From: a virus
Virus record (IMG/VR): IMGVR_UViG_3300045988_161338
Span: 1-64,000 of that record
Direction: 5' to 3' (one strand)
Length of the DNA stretch: 64,000 nucleotides
Part shown: piece after piece, positions 63,735 to 64,000 of the stretch
Layout of the letters: each line of letters begins with the position of its first letter
Position numbering within the stretch: the first letter of the stretch is position 1
Notes under the pieces: model-generated
What the model saw: only the letters and a program-made list of their open reading frames with translations
What the model was told of the DNA's origin: nothing
The model's database searches: none
Program-made: the position numbers and the translations under genes

Positions 63735-64000
63735 ATGACAGTAGAAGAACTGCTTTCATTAGTGAACAAGGAGGTAGACACCACCAAGTTCAAATCGTTG
63801 AGCCAGAAGACCATTACCGAAGAACTTAATGATGTACTGGACGAAATGGGTGACGACGCGGCAACGAATGCCAAGAAAGTTACCAAGCTGGCAACCCGTC
63901 TGAAGCGTATGGACGGCAACCTTCACAAGTGTGTCTCAGACGAGATCAAGAAGAGCCGTGAGGAAGCCGAGCGCAAGAAGAAGGAAGAAGAGGAGCGTCG
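63735..64000 (+). CDS. 5' part of a late gene (charged, coiled-coil; scaffold-like), runs off the window
   Basis: ATG 63735. Hand translation MTVEELLSLVNKEVDTTKF...EEAERKKKEEEER has no stop up to nt 64000. Confidence 0.5.
   Translation, partial: MTVEELLSLVNKEVDTTKFKSLSQKTITEELNDVLDEMGDDAATNAKKVTKLATRLKRMDGNLHKCVSDEIKKSREEAERKKKEEEER

Larger units (their letters stand above)
1..64000. mobile_element. temperate phage genome segment (virion, lysis, replication, lysogeny and accessory modules)
   Basis: Terminase, portal, fibre, endolysin, SSB, helicase loader, primase-helicase, integrase and repressor-like genes fill the window. No housekeeping host genes were recognised. Confidence 0.85.

Overview
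The whole 64 kb window looks like one temperate tailed-phage genome, with no obvious host genes. The host is probably Bacteroidota. This is an inference from mostly Shine-Dalgarno-less A/T-rich leaders, an IntDOT-like integrase, lipoprotein signals and the gene families present. Layout: (1) 1-14.3 kb (+), late genes. These include a 1118-aa fibre-like protein diversified by a DGR (VR 4445-4558, TR 4951-5064, RT about 5239-6612), a lysis cassette (holin-like, GH24 endolysin, spanin-like) and an odd low-complexity/HExxH cluster. (2) 14.4-27.5 kb (-), early and replication/recombination genes: DnaC-like loader, SSB, Sak4-like ATPase, PD-(D/E)XK nuclease, NinB-like and DUF1064-like proteins, a DUF2829/Tad2-like protein, an SPFH lipoprotein, and a protein carrying 27-nt tandem repeats. 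(3) 27.5-31.2 kb, an ORF-poor structured segment with tRNA-like elements, a divergent HTH switch with ATTACCAA operators, a tRNA 3'-fragment (att-like) and an integrase. (4) 31.2-49.9 kb (-), an accessory array of about 25 mostly unknown genes. Nearly every gene is preceded by the same module: GC hairpin, then TATTAACCAA, then AGAATT-ATG. The array holds a second tyrosine recombinase, an M42/M28-like peptidase and a second, non-DGR reverse transcriptase (37740-39005). That RT sits in about 1 kb of ORF-free, hairpin-dense sequence carrying a repeated CTGTAAAGGATTGAT box, and it is my best candidate for an undescribed RT/ncRNA system. (5) 50.9-58.8 kb (+): ASCH, RtcB, YopX, DUF1599, a primase-helicase and ori-like repeats. 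(6) 58.9-63.6 kb (-): head-morphogenesis protein, portal and large terminase, followed by a divergent late gene running off the right edge. All functional calls come from reading the ORF translations by eye. No database search was run.
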